64,000 nucleotides of DNA. It comes from Convolutriloba macropyga (Eukaryota). Below are positions 13,269 through 24,140 of the stretch, in pieces. The translations under genes and the position numbers were made by a program. Under the pieces are notes generated by a model that was given only the letters and a program-made list of their open reading frames with translations, did no database searches and was not told the DNA's origin. Each line of letters opens with the position of its first letter. Positions within the stretch are counted from its first letter, which is position 1. Location: assembly GCF_964194025.1 (NCBI RefSeq), contig NW_027451934.1:1-64000 (forward strand). Reading direction: 5' to 3'.

Positions 13269-14024
13269 ATGTCTCGAATTGCAAATAAACATGTGCTTGA
13301 CTCTAGCTCGTAGTCGGATGACAACGATTCATTTACATTTGAAGATCATGAGGGACGCCAAAACTGTGAGAACTCCGAAACAATAAATGTGAACTCACAA
13401 TTAGATGATGATCAAGATAGAGATGATGTAACACAAGGAAGATTTGAGCCAACACCTTGCTCGTCGTCAATGAACATAAAGGCTACGCAATCTTCAACTC
13501 CCAGGGAAACGAATAGTCGGGCACAAGTTCTTTCTAAAAGACTGGACAACCTAATTGGTCAACATCAGCACAGGTTGAAGAAGATTAGGCAAGAGTTGAA
13601 AGCGGATAATGCTGAGTTCCTCAGCGTCGTTGCGAGTGAATTGTCTGGAGAACCGTTGTCTGCTGATAACTCATCCAATGAGCAAGTCATGTTCAAGGGG
13701 CGCAATTTGATGTCAATTGTTGCGGCTTCGGGTCCTAGTCAATTTGGTCGCGACTTAGCTAAGGCAATTTTTGGCGAAGAAAAAGACTGTGCACTTATAA
13801 ACTATATGATTGGGAAGGAGAGATGTAAAACTATCTCACGGCCTCGTGTTGACCTCCAGCTGGAAAAACTTTTTTGCAAAATAGTTCGATCGAAATACCC
13901 TCGTGAACCAGAATACTGTCTACGCGAAGCTCGAATTTTTGCTAATCAATTGGGTTTGGACTACAAGAAGAAACAGTTGAAAGCAGACAACTGCTTGGAT
14001 GTTGATGAAAGTGACGAAGATTGA
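13269..14024 (+). pseudogene. Second BEN-like domain protein with one premature stop (TAG at 13311-13313)
   Basis: ATG 13269 follows a ttttag acceptor and is in frame with ORF 13389. GPSQFGRDLAKAIFG...RPRVD...LFCKIVRSKY...ANQLG is paralogous to the 12225 C-terminus. Confidence 0.6.
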
Positions 14025-14950
14025 ACTGTCTTGCTGTAGTTTTTTCCTTTAACTTTCGAGAAGCCGAAAGAGGCCTAAAAAACGCTTTCCTTTATTTTGC
14101 TCTTTCCTTTCAGCTATTTAATTGTAAATGTTGCTTGTTAATGAATTGGCGTTTCCTTCTAATTTTCCGCTTCGTCAAACCAAACGACGTACTTCTTGTT
14201 TTCCTGCCATTATAAAATGTTTCTTTGCATCAAGACTTGACTACTGTGCTGTGTCAGATAATAATCTTAGTTGCTTCATCTTTAAATTGCTGCAATATTT
14301 GTAATAAGCCGCGTGTGGCATGCAATAAGTTGTTCAGCGTTTTTTGTACCTGCTGTTGATTGTGATTGTGATTGCTTTTTTGTTGATTTCCTATATGAAA
14401 AAATTGTTTTTTCAGTTACATTTTATACCTAATCAAAATAGGTGAGGGTCAACCAACATAAGTGACTTCTGATTGCTCCTCTAGTAATAAATGAAGGTTC
14501 TTGATTGTCTTTCTGTATAGTGTTTTGTAGCACTGATAGTGGTGCTCACTAGACAAATGAGGTTGAGTAAAAATATTTCGATGTAGAGATCAACACATTA
14601 ATGTAATGGCAAGGTATTCATCTGAGAAAACTCGCCTTTGCCGTCAGTTTTAGATAAAAATTATGACAGGGATTATGAATGAAAATTTGCTCTCCAGCTG
14701 GTGAAACGATGGGGTCGAGCAAAACAATATGTCAAGACAGGGCTGCAGAACGTTAAACGAAACTTGTTATTTTTGTTGAGTCCCGTCTATTTTAATTAGT
14801 TTGCTGTTTTTCTTTTATCTAACGTAACGCCGATAGTGCCTTAGGGAATTTTTTCAAAACAGCGCAAACTGTAATTAAATTCAATCGTTAGTCGTGCCAT
14901 TCTATGGTTCTTGAAATGCAAGCCGACAAGCAAGGGAGCAAAGCATTATT

Positions 14951-15796
14951 TTGGCACAATGTGACAACTTAATTCCGAACAATTTATTGAAAAAGAAGGG
15001 ACGTCAAATAATGTCAATGGTTGAAGATATTGACTATGATTACATTAGTAATTGGATTGTAACAGATAATCGCTATAAGAAGTGCGCCGAAACACTTAAA
15101 AAGTGCTATAATGAAGCTCTTGGTGCAGGTTATATTTTTGAGCATGATGCATTTGGTGGCTATGGTTTGTTCTACAATTGTGATGTGCCTATTGTGGTTT
15201 CTAAGAGACGTGATGTTTTGCTGCACAATCTCTGTGCTTTACTTCAACCAGTAAGCGACAGTGATATGCCACTCTTTAAGCCGATTTCGATTTTTTCTGG
15301 TACTGAAGCCTGCCGCCAAAACCGTATTATGGTTGGCCCGGTAAGATTTGCGAATCATTCTTGTTGTCCAAATGCGGAATATGTTGCTTCTTCGTTTGGA
15401 ACTTTAAAATGTGTAAAGCTCAAATTGTTGAAAACACTTAGCAAAGGAGAAGAAATAACTGTTTTCTATGGCAGCAGTTTTTTCGGCGAGGGAAACTGGG
15501 AATGTAAATGTCCTCATTCCTCCATGCATTCTGAGCGTCCAATGGTTTTCAGCGAGAAACAAAAATCGCTTATATCTGCAAATATTGAAAAACGTTTTAT
15601 TCGTCTAAGCAATCGAAAACGGCGCAAGCCCCTCCAGAAAAAAGTTCTCAATTACGAAATGCATTTTTTTTGTCGAGTGATTCGAGTGTTGAAGAAAGCC
15701 ATACCTCCATCCGTCAGAACTCAGTCGAAATGTCGTTGGATGGCGACATGGAGGAGTTTGACGGCAGAAATAATGATGAAGATACTGAGCAAATAG
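14951..15796 (+). CDS. SET-domain lysine methyltransferase, SUV4-20/KMT5B-like; probable N-terminal part of a SET-transposase fusion
   Basis: GGYGLF, MVGPVRFANHSCCPN and GEEITVFYGSSFFGEGNWECKC match the SET NHxCxPN/GEE motifs and the SUV4-20-type YG..FFG....CxC post-SET. Confidence 0.85.
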   Translation: MAQCDNLIPNNLLKKKGRQIMSMVEDIDYDYISNWIVTDNRYKKCAETLKKCYNEALGAGYIFEHDAFGGYGLFYNCDVPIVVSKRRDVLLHNLCALLQPVSDSDMPLFKPISIFSGTEACRQNRIMVGPVRFANHSCCPNAEYVASSFGTLKCVKLKLLKTLSKGEEITVFYGSSFFGEGNWECKCPHSSMHSERPMVFSEKQKSLISANIEKRFIRLSNRKRRKPLQKKVLNYEMHFFCRVIRVLKKAIPPSVRTQSKCRWMATWRSLTAEIMMKILSK

Positions 15797-17568
15797 AAAC
15801 GACGGAGGCAGTTGTCTTTGATGTGGAACAGGATGGAATAAATGACGATACTACGTTACATAGTGATTTGTCGTCAGTTGCTGAGAGCAATGATAACGAA
15901 GATTCAAACACAAACAGAAACTTTGAGATTGCGTTGACCTCAATCGTTGCCAGGCACGGCACCTCAGACAAAGAACTTAAAGATTGGATGGGATTGATGA
16001 AGGCCTCTTTCCCTAATGCTGACATTCCAAGCTATTCGCAGATGAAAAACCGTCATCATGTCCCCCAAACTCAACACAACTCCTTTATAAAAAGTTGTGG
16101 TACCGGTGAGTACTGGATGCTAGATTTCATGAACGAAATCCTTCAAATTTTGAAAGCTAACCTCGATGTTATAAGTGATTATTCGCTAACGCGTGACTCA
16201 AGTTATGACTTGAATTTGCAGCCCTGTCTCAACTTTGAGAAGAAAGAACTCACGATCTCATTAATTATGAACTCAGATGGTGTACGCATAATAAAGTCTA
16301 GTCCTAAGCATCTGTGGCCTGTGTGGCTAGCGCTGGCTGATCTGCCTCCAAAATTGCGCTGTTCATATAACAATATTTTTCTTGCAACTCTTTGGTGTGG
16401 TGTCGGCAAACCGAATTGGGATGAACTCTTCACGGATTTTGAGCAAAAACCTAAACAGCAGTTTACTGTAGAGTACAAAAATGTTAATTTCAAAATCATT
16501 GCCCAAGTAGTGTTACTGGTTGCCGATATTCCCGCCACTGCTTCGATGCTTAATATGCATCACCATCTCGCCAAGTTCGGTTGTACAATGTGCTTAATTG
16601 AAACAGAAACTGAAGAACGTGTTCGGTACTTCCCCTTGAAAAAATTCCCTCTCCGAACATCTGAAATTCATTCAAGTCACCTCCAGCGTCTTAGGGAGGA
16701 AAATTTAAGTTCGTTCATGGGTGTTAAAGGACCTAGTTTTCTATTCAAAATTATCCGGAATTTACCGCTCAGTGCGCCGCCTGACTGCATGCATCAGGTC
16801 TACATTGGGGTAACTAAAGTTCTATTGCAGGTAATTCTTAAGAAAACCTCTCGCATTGATCTGGAATGCTTAAAGTTAACTGTGTCGAAAATCAATCTTC
16901 TGTCTGACTTCAAGCGGTCAGTACGTCCGCTAAATGAGTTGGAATTCTTTAAAGCTAACGAGCTGAAAACTTGGCTACTGTACATTGGTCCAGCATTATT
17001 TAATGAGACAATAAATGAGCGATTAGCCTCAAGATTTTGCTTGCTTAGCTTTGCTGTGCGCCTTTTAATGACGTCATCGAAACATTGCTGTTACGCAGAG
17101 AAAGTTATCGAAAAGTTTCTTCAAGATACGAAAGAGGATTATTCGGAAGTTGCCTTCTCTGCTAATGTGCACTCGCTCACACACTTGACGTGGCAAGTTC
17201 GAAATACTGGTCCTCTGTGGACAAGTTCGGGAATGATGTTCGAATCAGCAAATTATTTGCTAAACTCGAAGTTTACTGGTACGGTCAACCATTTACCACT
17301 ATTAGTTGAAAGATATCACCGTAACAAGGAGGCCTGGAGGGCTTCTATTAAAGAGAATGAGCCCTTAGCAGCGTTTTGCCTAAAACTGCGAGGTAAAAAA
17401 CCGTTCAAAAAAACCGTTCAAAGAACTTTTCTTTGGAGGGTCCACCAAACGAGAAAGACTGTTTTTTTTCAGCTGAACACAATGGAGCACTTATATGCGG
17501 AAAAGTTTGCGCTTTCTTCACAGAGGAAGACAATCATTATGTATCAGCACAAATGTTCAAAATATTGA
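15670..17568 (+). CDS. CMC-superfamily (EnSpm/CACTA-like) DDE transposase, 3' end decayed
   Basis: NSDG..LWPV..LPP, VADIPA..GCTMC, GVKGPS, DCMH..G, KANEL, NVHSLTHL and GPLW...FESAN. Confidence 0.88.
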   Translation: MSSDSSVEESHTSIRQNSVEMSLDGDMEEFDGRNNDEDTEQIETTEAVVFDVEQDGINDDTTLHSDLSSVAESNDNEDSNTNRNFEIALTSIVARHGTSDKELKDWMGLMKASFPNADIPSYSQMKNRHHVPQTQHNSFIKSCGTGEYWMLDFMNEILQILKANLDVISDYSLTRDSSYDLNLQPCLNFEKKELTISLIMNSDGVRIIKSSPKHLWPVWLALADLPPKLRCSYNNIFLATLWCGVGKPNWDELFTDFEQKPKQQFTVEYKNVNFKIIAQVVLLVADIPATASMLNMHHHLAKFGCTMCLIETETEERVRYFPLKKFPLRTSEIHSSHLQRLREENLSSFMGVKGPSFLFKIIRNLPLSAPPDCMHQVYIGVTKVLLQVILKKTSRIDLECLKLTVSKINLLSDFKRSVRPLNELEFFKANELKTWLLYIGPALFNETINERLASRFCLLSFAVRLLMTSSKHCCYAEKVIEKFLQDTKEDYSEVAFSANVHSLTHLTWQVRNTGPLWTSSGMMFESANYLLNSKFTGTVNHLPLLVERYHRNKEAWRASIKENEPLAAFCLKLRGKKPFKKTVQRTFLWRVHQTRKTVFFQLNTMEHLYAEKFALSSQRKTIIMYQHKCSKY

Positions 17569-18453
17569 AGTGATACAAATAGTGAAACAAATATTTTTAT
17601 GCATAAAAAGCAATTTTCTATCTCTAATATTTCCTTACTAATTGCAACCGCAAGAAATGCAATGCTAAATGTTTGAACCTGGAAAGAAAAGGCTGATTTT
17701 ATTTGTCTAAATTTTGGCAGGAAATTAGGAGTTTTGGAGCAGGGATTAAGGTCAACATAGATCAATGAACATTACGAGCCGTTGTTATGTTCGAAATGCC
17801 ACATTTAGGGATATAAAAATTTACATATCAAGTTGACTTTCAGATTAAGTCTTGATTTACACTAAAGAGGCGAGACAAGCGGTGCGAGGCAAATTTTTTC
17901 GCTCGTGTAGCTAATTGTAACAATGCGCTTTCATTCTCCTACAACCTTTCCTGATATACGCCTCTGATTAATACCAAAACGTTCGAAAGAGAAATGACGA
18001 AAATCTTTAAGGCCAAAGCAATATCAAAATTCAGACACAACTGCTATCCTTCTGGACGGGATCAATTAGAAAACCTAAATGAAAACTGCACCTTCTCTAG
18101 ATGGGGCAAAACCAAGATGGCAGAGACCATGCTTGCTTTGACTTCATTATTATTATTATTATTATTATTAATTAGTCCCTAAATTTCTAATCCCTATAAT
18201 AAATTAGTCAAATTTTCGCTTCACAATATTTGTAAGCAACTTTCTCAATTCCATTATATGGTTTAAAAAAGTTATACAAATCTTAGATGATTGTAGAACA
18301 TTCTCAAAGCAATGCTAATAAAATCATACGGTAATTTTGTTGTAGTCCCATGTCAAATAGATTTCCAGAACAAACCAAAAATAGAAACTATGTTATATTT
18401 ATTGATTTACCCCAGCATACAGAAATTTTGCTTTGAAAATAAGAAAAAATATA

Positions 18454-19404
18454 TTAATCTATATTTGAGGACACAACTTTGCACATACCTTGAAGGTGTG
18501 AGCTCTCTTCGGCAATTTCCTTTGAAAAAATTCTTTGAAGTGTTGATGCTACTTTCTCGTTGAGTGGATCATCAAATCGTGCTAGCAATTGAAGGAAAAT
18601 GAAAGTTTCAAACACAAAAGTGATGCAATCGGCGTGCGAAGCCTTTTTTCCCATTAAAAGTATTTCCCAGTCTTTCAAATTTTCATTCTTTAACAGAGAC
18701 ATAACCAGAAGACGTGTCTTCATTCTGTCGGCAAATTCACCATCGCTTCGTATGAACACTTGTGATAAAAAGTCAACGAGGAATGAAAGAACTGGTATTC
18801 TGATTTCATGAAATGATGGTCTAAAATTGTCCATCTTTTTGGGGAATCGGTGCGCCATTATAATTGTGCTACATATGTCAAAAAAAGCTATCCGATTCTT
18901 TTCAGCCATTGGTTGGATTGTTTTGAAAAGTTCAGATACATTTTTTCTTGTTTGGGTGCTGGGTTGCAATGAGTGATCGAGATTGTAGCAGCACATAACC
19001 TCGGAATATTCTAGGGTAATAATTTTTACATTCTGACGAGAATTGGAGCCCACTTTTTTGAACTTTTCTACAAACTGCTCAAATAAATCTTTATTGGGAT
19101 CAGATTTGTGTGAAAATATCTTATCTGTTTCATCAGTTGTAGCTGGCTTTTTGCATAGCAGAAGATAGACTCGAGTACGCGCATTGAATGCTGTGATAAC
19201 AGCCTTATCGAAACTCCGTTTATACGTCCTCTCAAGTGAAGAGGCGATATGTGCCACGAGGAAGTATTTGAAAGCAGGGAGCAACTTTGTAAAAATGAAA
19301 ATGATGGCGTGATTTTTACTTTCCCAATCTGCAACAAGAAGAAACGTCATCTGTTCGTCTTGAACAATAAGATTAACCTCAAAGGGTTCGTCGAATACTT
19401 TCAA
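18454..19404 (-). pseudogene. C-terminal half of an unknown intronless ~616-aa gene split by the Polinton
   Basis: The ORF begins within the left TSD and joins in frame to 41391-42293 (...QFLHNCS-LKVFDEPF...). Confidence 0.85.
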
Positions 19405-19409
19405 ACAAC

Positions 19410-19481
19410 AGAAGAAATATGAGCGCCGATAGGCACTGACTCGTCATCCAATCAGAGTCAAGCACGAATCGGCGCCCATAT
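19410..19481 (+). repeat. Left TIR of Polinton 1
   Basis: 69/72 identical to the reverse complement of 41321-41392. Confidence 0.95.
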
Positions 19482-20134
19482 CCCCTTATTTAGAGATTCA
19501 TCTAATTAAATCGTACCCCCCCCAAAGACATCAACTACATTTTATTCATATCCAGGTGAAAACCGCAATTCCCCTCATCCAGTAAATCCATCATACAAGC
19601 AGGTGATTTGTGCCCTTTTAATAAATAACAACCGTACTGCTAAAAATGAGTTGCGGTTTCTTTTGTCTAATAAAACAAAACTTGAAGTAGGAGCAGGTGG
19701 GATTAATATTTAACGATAGTAACGGTTGTTTTGCGGCGGGGCTCATTTGAGTTCTAACAAATCATTTCTGCGGTTATCTAAATTTTATCCATCTCTTTTG
19801 TTTCCCTCCAAAATTTATTTTACATCCTAAAGACAATTTTTTTATAATAATGCGAGTCGCTGCTGCGGTTTTAAAATTAAAGGAGAAAAGAATAATAAAA
19901 ACATGCGCTACAGCGCAGAACTCTGCGCGGTGCGCAGATTTCTGCGTTTTACAAAATTTCAAAAAAATGGGTTTTAAAAATGTTTCTTTTCATGCGGATA
20001 TCACTATATTCAGGATTTCTGTACATCGCGCAGAAATCTGCGCGGCATTAAAAATTCATCTCATATTTGAGTCATATGAATCTTGCGTGGATTTTTTTTA
20101 CGTATCTGTACGTTAGGTGCAGACATCCAATGTA

Positions 20135-20671
20135 NNNNNNNNNNNNNNNNNNNNNNNNNNNNNNNNNNNNNNNNNNNNNNNNNNNNNNNNNNNNNNNNNN
20201 NNNNNNNNNNNNNNNNNNNNNNNNNNNNNNNNNNNNNNNNNNNNNNNNNNNNNNNNNNNNNNNNNNNNNNNNNNNNNNNNNNNNNNNNNNNNNNNNNNNN
20301 NNNNNNNNNNNNNNNNNNNNNNNNNNNNNNNNNNNNNNNNNNNNNNNNNNNNNNNNNNNNNNNNNNNNNNNNNNNNNNNNNNNNNNNNNNNNNNNNNNNN
20401 NNNNNNNNNNNNNNNNNNNNNNNNNNNNNNNNNNNNNNNNNNNNNNNNNNNNNNNNNNNNNNNNNNNNNNNNNNNNNNNNNNNNNNNNNNNNNNNNNNNN
20501 NNNNNNNNNNNNNNNNNNNNNNNNNNNNNNNNNNNNNNNNNNNNNNNNNNNNNNNNNNNNNNNNNNNNNNNNNNNNNNNNNNNNNNNNNNNNNNNNNNNN
20601 NNNNNNNNNNNNNNNNNNNNNNNNNNNNNNNNNNNNNNNNNNNNNNNNNNNNNNNNNNNNNNNNNNNNNNN
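20135..20671. other. Assembly gap (537 N)
   Basis: Run of N. Confidence 1.
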
Positions 20672-21892
20672 CGTCATGCGAACGTCAGAAGCAAACTTGC
20701 TCAGTCAAATGAGACGGAACTTATTAGGCTTAATAATCTGGAAAAAATATTTCATGCTTGTTGTTGTTTGTAGTTCTAGTTTTGTGTTCTTTACTGTTTT
20801 TATTGGTTGAATCTTTTTATTGAACTGATGCAAACAATTTTTAATGCTGAAATCCAGCCAAACTGGCTCCGTAACTCAATTAAAAATTCATCTACTGTAA
20901 ATTTCAGGCCTTTTTTGTTTTCATCTTACGACTTACTTGATGTGGTTATAAAGCAATTTAATAACATCTGTCTTCGAAAGAGGGCGCCCCCACAACATTT
21001 AGAGAATTAATTTAGCTTAAGTTGTTTACTGTCTTCTCATGTTGCTGAGGATAAATACTTGTCTTTCTAATTCGGCTCCACTTAGTCTTTTAGTCTTTTG
21101 TTGTGTTTGTTGCTTCAGACTGAGAGTCTTTTTCTGCGGTTTGATGTGCAATTATATCGACCTGGCTGCGTGCACTGTTTCCTTTGAGACTTTATACTGC
21201 TGCGAAAACAAATTCAGTATTGTCATTTGTTGATTGACTGGTTTTGTAAGGTCATTTGCATCTTGTTTTTTCTTTTTTTACAAATTTATTGCAATCGTTT
21301 CTTTTGATCGTAGAGAAAAATGATTGGTTTATTTTGAAACAGAATTGTGAAAAATTGGGCAGGTACTCGGACACAAACACAAAAAATGATCATTTTTGGC
21401 CAATGAGAGGTTTACTCTAAGCAGTTTTTAAATTTTATTGTATCTTTAATTTTTTCAGTAAATTAGAACAAAAATTTCTGTTGTTGGTTCAGTTCTCGTT
21501 TTCTCATTTTGTTGTACTCAGTTCTGCAAATCAGTTCCTCCGTTGAATTCTTTAACCTTTTTCACTTCTTAAAATTTTTACAATCTCTTGTAATATTGTT
21601 ATTCTGTTGTCGATTCTCACAATTTCGTTCACTTTCCGTTGAATTGAAGTATCTAATATTTTTCAATTTCTCTTCGTTATTTAGACATCTCTCAGTTGGG
21701 AACACTGATTGCAAGATTTCTTTTCCGCCGGCCTCACTTTTGTTCTATCTTAAATTTCAGTTTCAATTCTTCCTTTATTTCGGTAGCTAAAAGAAGTCGA
21801 TCAAGTAACATTTCTGACGATATATACATTTAGCGGCAAAAATCGATTTCATATATTTGCTTCTGCTTTACCTTCTCTGTTAATTTCACAAG

Positions 21893-22183
21893 ATGGAGTA
21901 TTTTCTGGACATGGGCTGCAAGTACTTACAGCTCTGTCTACTTCGCTGCACACTGCGTGGATTCTTCACTTCGGAGCCTAAACATTTTGTTGTCATGGAT
22001 CTTGTAGACCAGAGCACAAACAAAGAGATTCGATTTACTCTTTTCAACAATGGCCACAAAACTTATGATGAACTCCTAAACTTTCTGCAGTCTGATAAAA
22101 CTACCTTCTTTCTAGAACACGACAAAGATCTATTGTTTTCAGTTTCCGATCTAAAAGAAACACCTATTGAATTATTTTTCTAA
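21893..22183 (+). CDS. Hypothetical Polinton protein (96 aa)
   Basis: Clean ATG ORF co-oriented with the element; an AG acceptor immediately precedes the ATG. Confidence 0.5.
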   Translation: MEYFLDMGCKYLQLCLLRCTLRGFFTSEPKHFVVMDLVDQSTNKEIRFTLFNNGHKTYDELLNFLQSDKTTFFLEHDKDLLFSVSDLKETPIELFF

Positions 22184-22445
22184 AATTAAAATTTTGGAGA
22201 CAGTTGTTTTAAAATATTTCTGTGATTTTTCGTAGATGCGATTTTGAGTTTTCTGCAAGATGTTTTTCCTATTTCAGATTTTGCTGGTTCTATTCCTGGA
22301 AGGATCCTCGTTTACATTACTTCTGTTGAATTCACATATCTAGAACTTGGTAAGTGTCATTTTGCCAATTACTGCTCTTTTTGTCTAGTCGCTTTTTAAA
22401 AGAAAATTTTTCGGTTTTCATTTTTACTACTTATTGCAAAAATCA

Positions 22446-23258
22446 ATGGCATTTACACTTGAACTGGCGTCAAACTCTTCGCTCAATATTTATCCCGAGA
22501 ACACTCTCGCTTCTTTTCGTACTGTTTTGCTTGAGTGCATAGAATTGTTTGGTCATTGGGAGGTGTCCCTTCTTGAAATTTCGTATCCTAGAAATATTTT
22601 TAATATAGTTGAGGGGACTTTTGATCTTCGCTGGTCAAATAGCACTAGACTCTACAAAGGCTGTAAAATGCGCAAAGGCATGTATCATACAATTGAGGAA
22701 ATACGTATTGAAATGAACAATGCTATCGATCGAAAAAGAGAGCGATCCGATAAATTGAATCAATATCTCGATTTCCAATACGATTCTAGTCATGTACTCA
22801 AAATTTTTTCCTCGACAAAAGCGTCAGAGGTTCATTTTATTAGCGTTTCTAAGGACCTTCAATATATACTTGGGTTAGAGCGAAAAAAACTTATAGGTCC
22901 AATTTTAACCTATGTGCCAACGTACGCAGCCGATATTAATCGGTTTCATCACTTGTTTATATACTGTGACTTTATAGATCCTCAGTTTGTTGGCGAAAAC
23001 AAAGCCCCTTTGCTACGATCCTGTCCGGTATTTGATGTTTCCAAAAAAATACCCGGGGAAGCTGTAAAACCGGGAGGGTTTTTTGGTTACGGTTCTTCAA
23101 TTATTCGAAGCTTTCACCAGGCTCAATTCAAGAAAGTAGCAAAACAGTCTATTGGCGATGTGCTAATAGAAATAAGATCAGAATCGGGAGAACTGCTACC
23201 CTTTGTTGGGGATGGCAGAACTCAGCTTACTCTACAATTTCGACAAAAAACTATCTAA
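22446..23258 (+). CDS. Minor capsid (penton-like, single jelly-roll) protein
   Basis: FTLELASNSS..YPENTLASFR, WEVSLLEISYP, LFIYCDFIDPQFVG..KAPLLR and IEIRSESGELLPF..GRTQLTLQFR are typical of Maverick minor capsid proteins. Confidence 0.88.
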   Translation: MAFTLELASNSSLNIYPENTLASFRTVLLECIELFGHWEVSLLEISYPRNIFNIVEGTFDLRWSNSTRLYKGCKMRKGMYHTIEEIRIEMNNAIDRKRERSDKLNQYLDFQYDSSHVLKIFSSTKASEVHFISVSKDLQYILGLERKKLIGPILTYVPTYAADINRFHHLFIYCDFIDPQFVGENKAPLLRSCPVFDVSKKIPGEAVKPGGFFGYGSSIIRSFHQAQFKKVAKQSIGDVLIEIRSESGELLPFVGDGRTQLTLQFRQKTI

Positions 23259-23274
23259 TACGTTTAGGAAAACA

Positions 23275-23892
23275 ATGGCTTCTCAATGGATGAAAAAGAG
23301 AAAACTGATAACTGGAGTTACCGGCAAAGACCTGTCACTGAAGATTACAGCGGAGGAAGATACTCGAATGAATCCTACGGCAAAGCATTTTGACTTGAGA
23401 GCTCAAAATGGAAGATTTATTCGTTTATCAGTGAAAAAATATGAGTCTGGAGTTTACGCCCACATCAAGTTATTCAAAATTGAGGGCTGTACGAGCGCGA
23501 AGTCAGCAACAGATTGTCTCAACTGGGTCCGGGTAAATCAACTGGGATTAACGATGGATGAATTGATTGCTATAACAGGAATCACAGGCAGTGTACCGTC
23601 TGAATCCTTATCAAGTGAAGATCTTGAGAAAAGGGAAGAGTTTGAGGAGGTCATATCAGATATGCTAGAGCCTAATCAAAAATGTGAGGAAGTGCGAGCA
23701 GATCTGAAACAAATCACCTCGACAGTTGAACTTGGAGATTCGGAGGAAGAAGCTGATGCTGAGCGATCGGAAGTTGTGGCAAAGCAATTTATTGATCTGC
23801 CCCAATCTCAGCCAAATGCTGATGAGATGTGGCAATCAAAAATTTGTATCACAAATAAAAATGGGAAGAAAAAGATTCCAAAGAAGTTTTGA
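23275..23892 (+). CDS. Possible PC4/Sub1-like ssDNA-binding protein with acidic tail
   Basis: FDLRAQNGRFIRLSVKKYESGVYAHIKLFK...QLGLTMDELIAI follows the PC4 beta-beta-beta...GxxLT-helix pattern. Confidence 0.45.
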   Translation: MASQWMKKRKLITGVTGKDLSLKITAEEDTRMNPTAKHFDLRAQNGRFIRLSVKKYESGVYAHIKLFKIEGCTSAKSATDCLNWVRVNQLGLTMDELIAITGITGSVPSESLSSEDLEKREEFEEVISDMLEPNQKCEEVRADLKQITSTVELGDSEEEADAERSEVVAKQFIDLPQSQPNADEMWQSKICITNKNGKKKIPKKF

Positions 23893-24140
23893 CCCAGTTC
23901 GTTTCTTTGTCCCTAATAGAAAAACTACACCAATGTGGCTGCTCATAGCGCAAATTGTGGGCTCTTTTTACTTATTTCAACGAATTTGTTTGGAGCTATC
24001 ATTTGTTTGTGTGGCCCCTTTAGTAGTTTATTGGGTTGACAATTTAATTCTCAAAGCTGAACCACAATTTTTTCTGTAACTTTTAGTTTTTTGAAACTCA
24101 TTTGCCCTAATTTCTAATCTCATATTTCAGTGTTAAGAGA

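Larger units (their letters stand above)
3928..17600 (+). mobile_element. Large decaying CMC-superfamily (CACTA/EnSpm-like) DNA transposon with cargo genes; ends approximate
   Basis: CMC-type transposase at 15670-17568, palindromic subterminal-type repeats at ~3940-4390, internal tandem arrays and co-oriented accessory ORFs sharing one upstream motif. No right TIR or TSD was found. Confidence 0.6.

Noticed and set aside
17850-17915. tacac...gtgta inverted motif as the right end of the CMC element
   Set aside because: It does not match the left subterminal repeats and shows no TSD; more likely an unrelated MITE fragment.
20067-20810. ORFs spanning the N run
   Set aside because: Assembly-gap artefacts.
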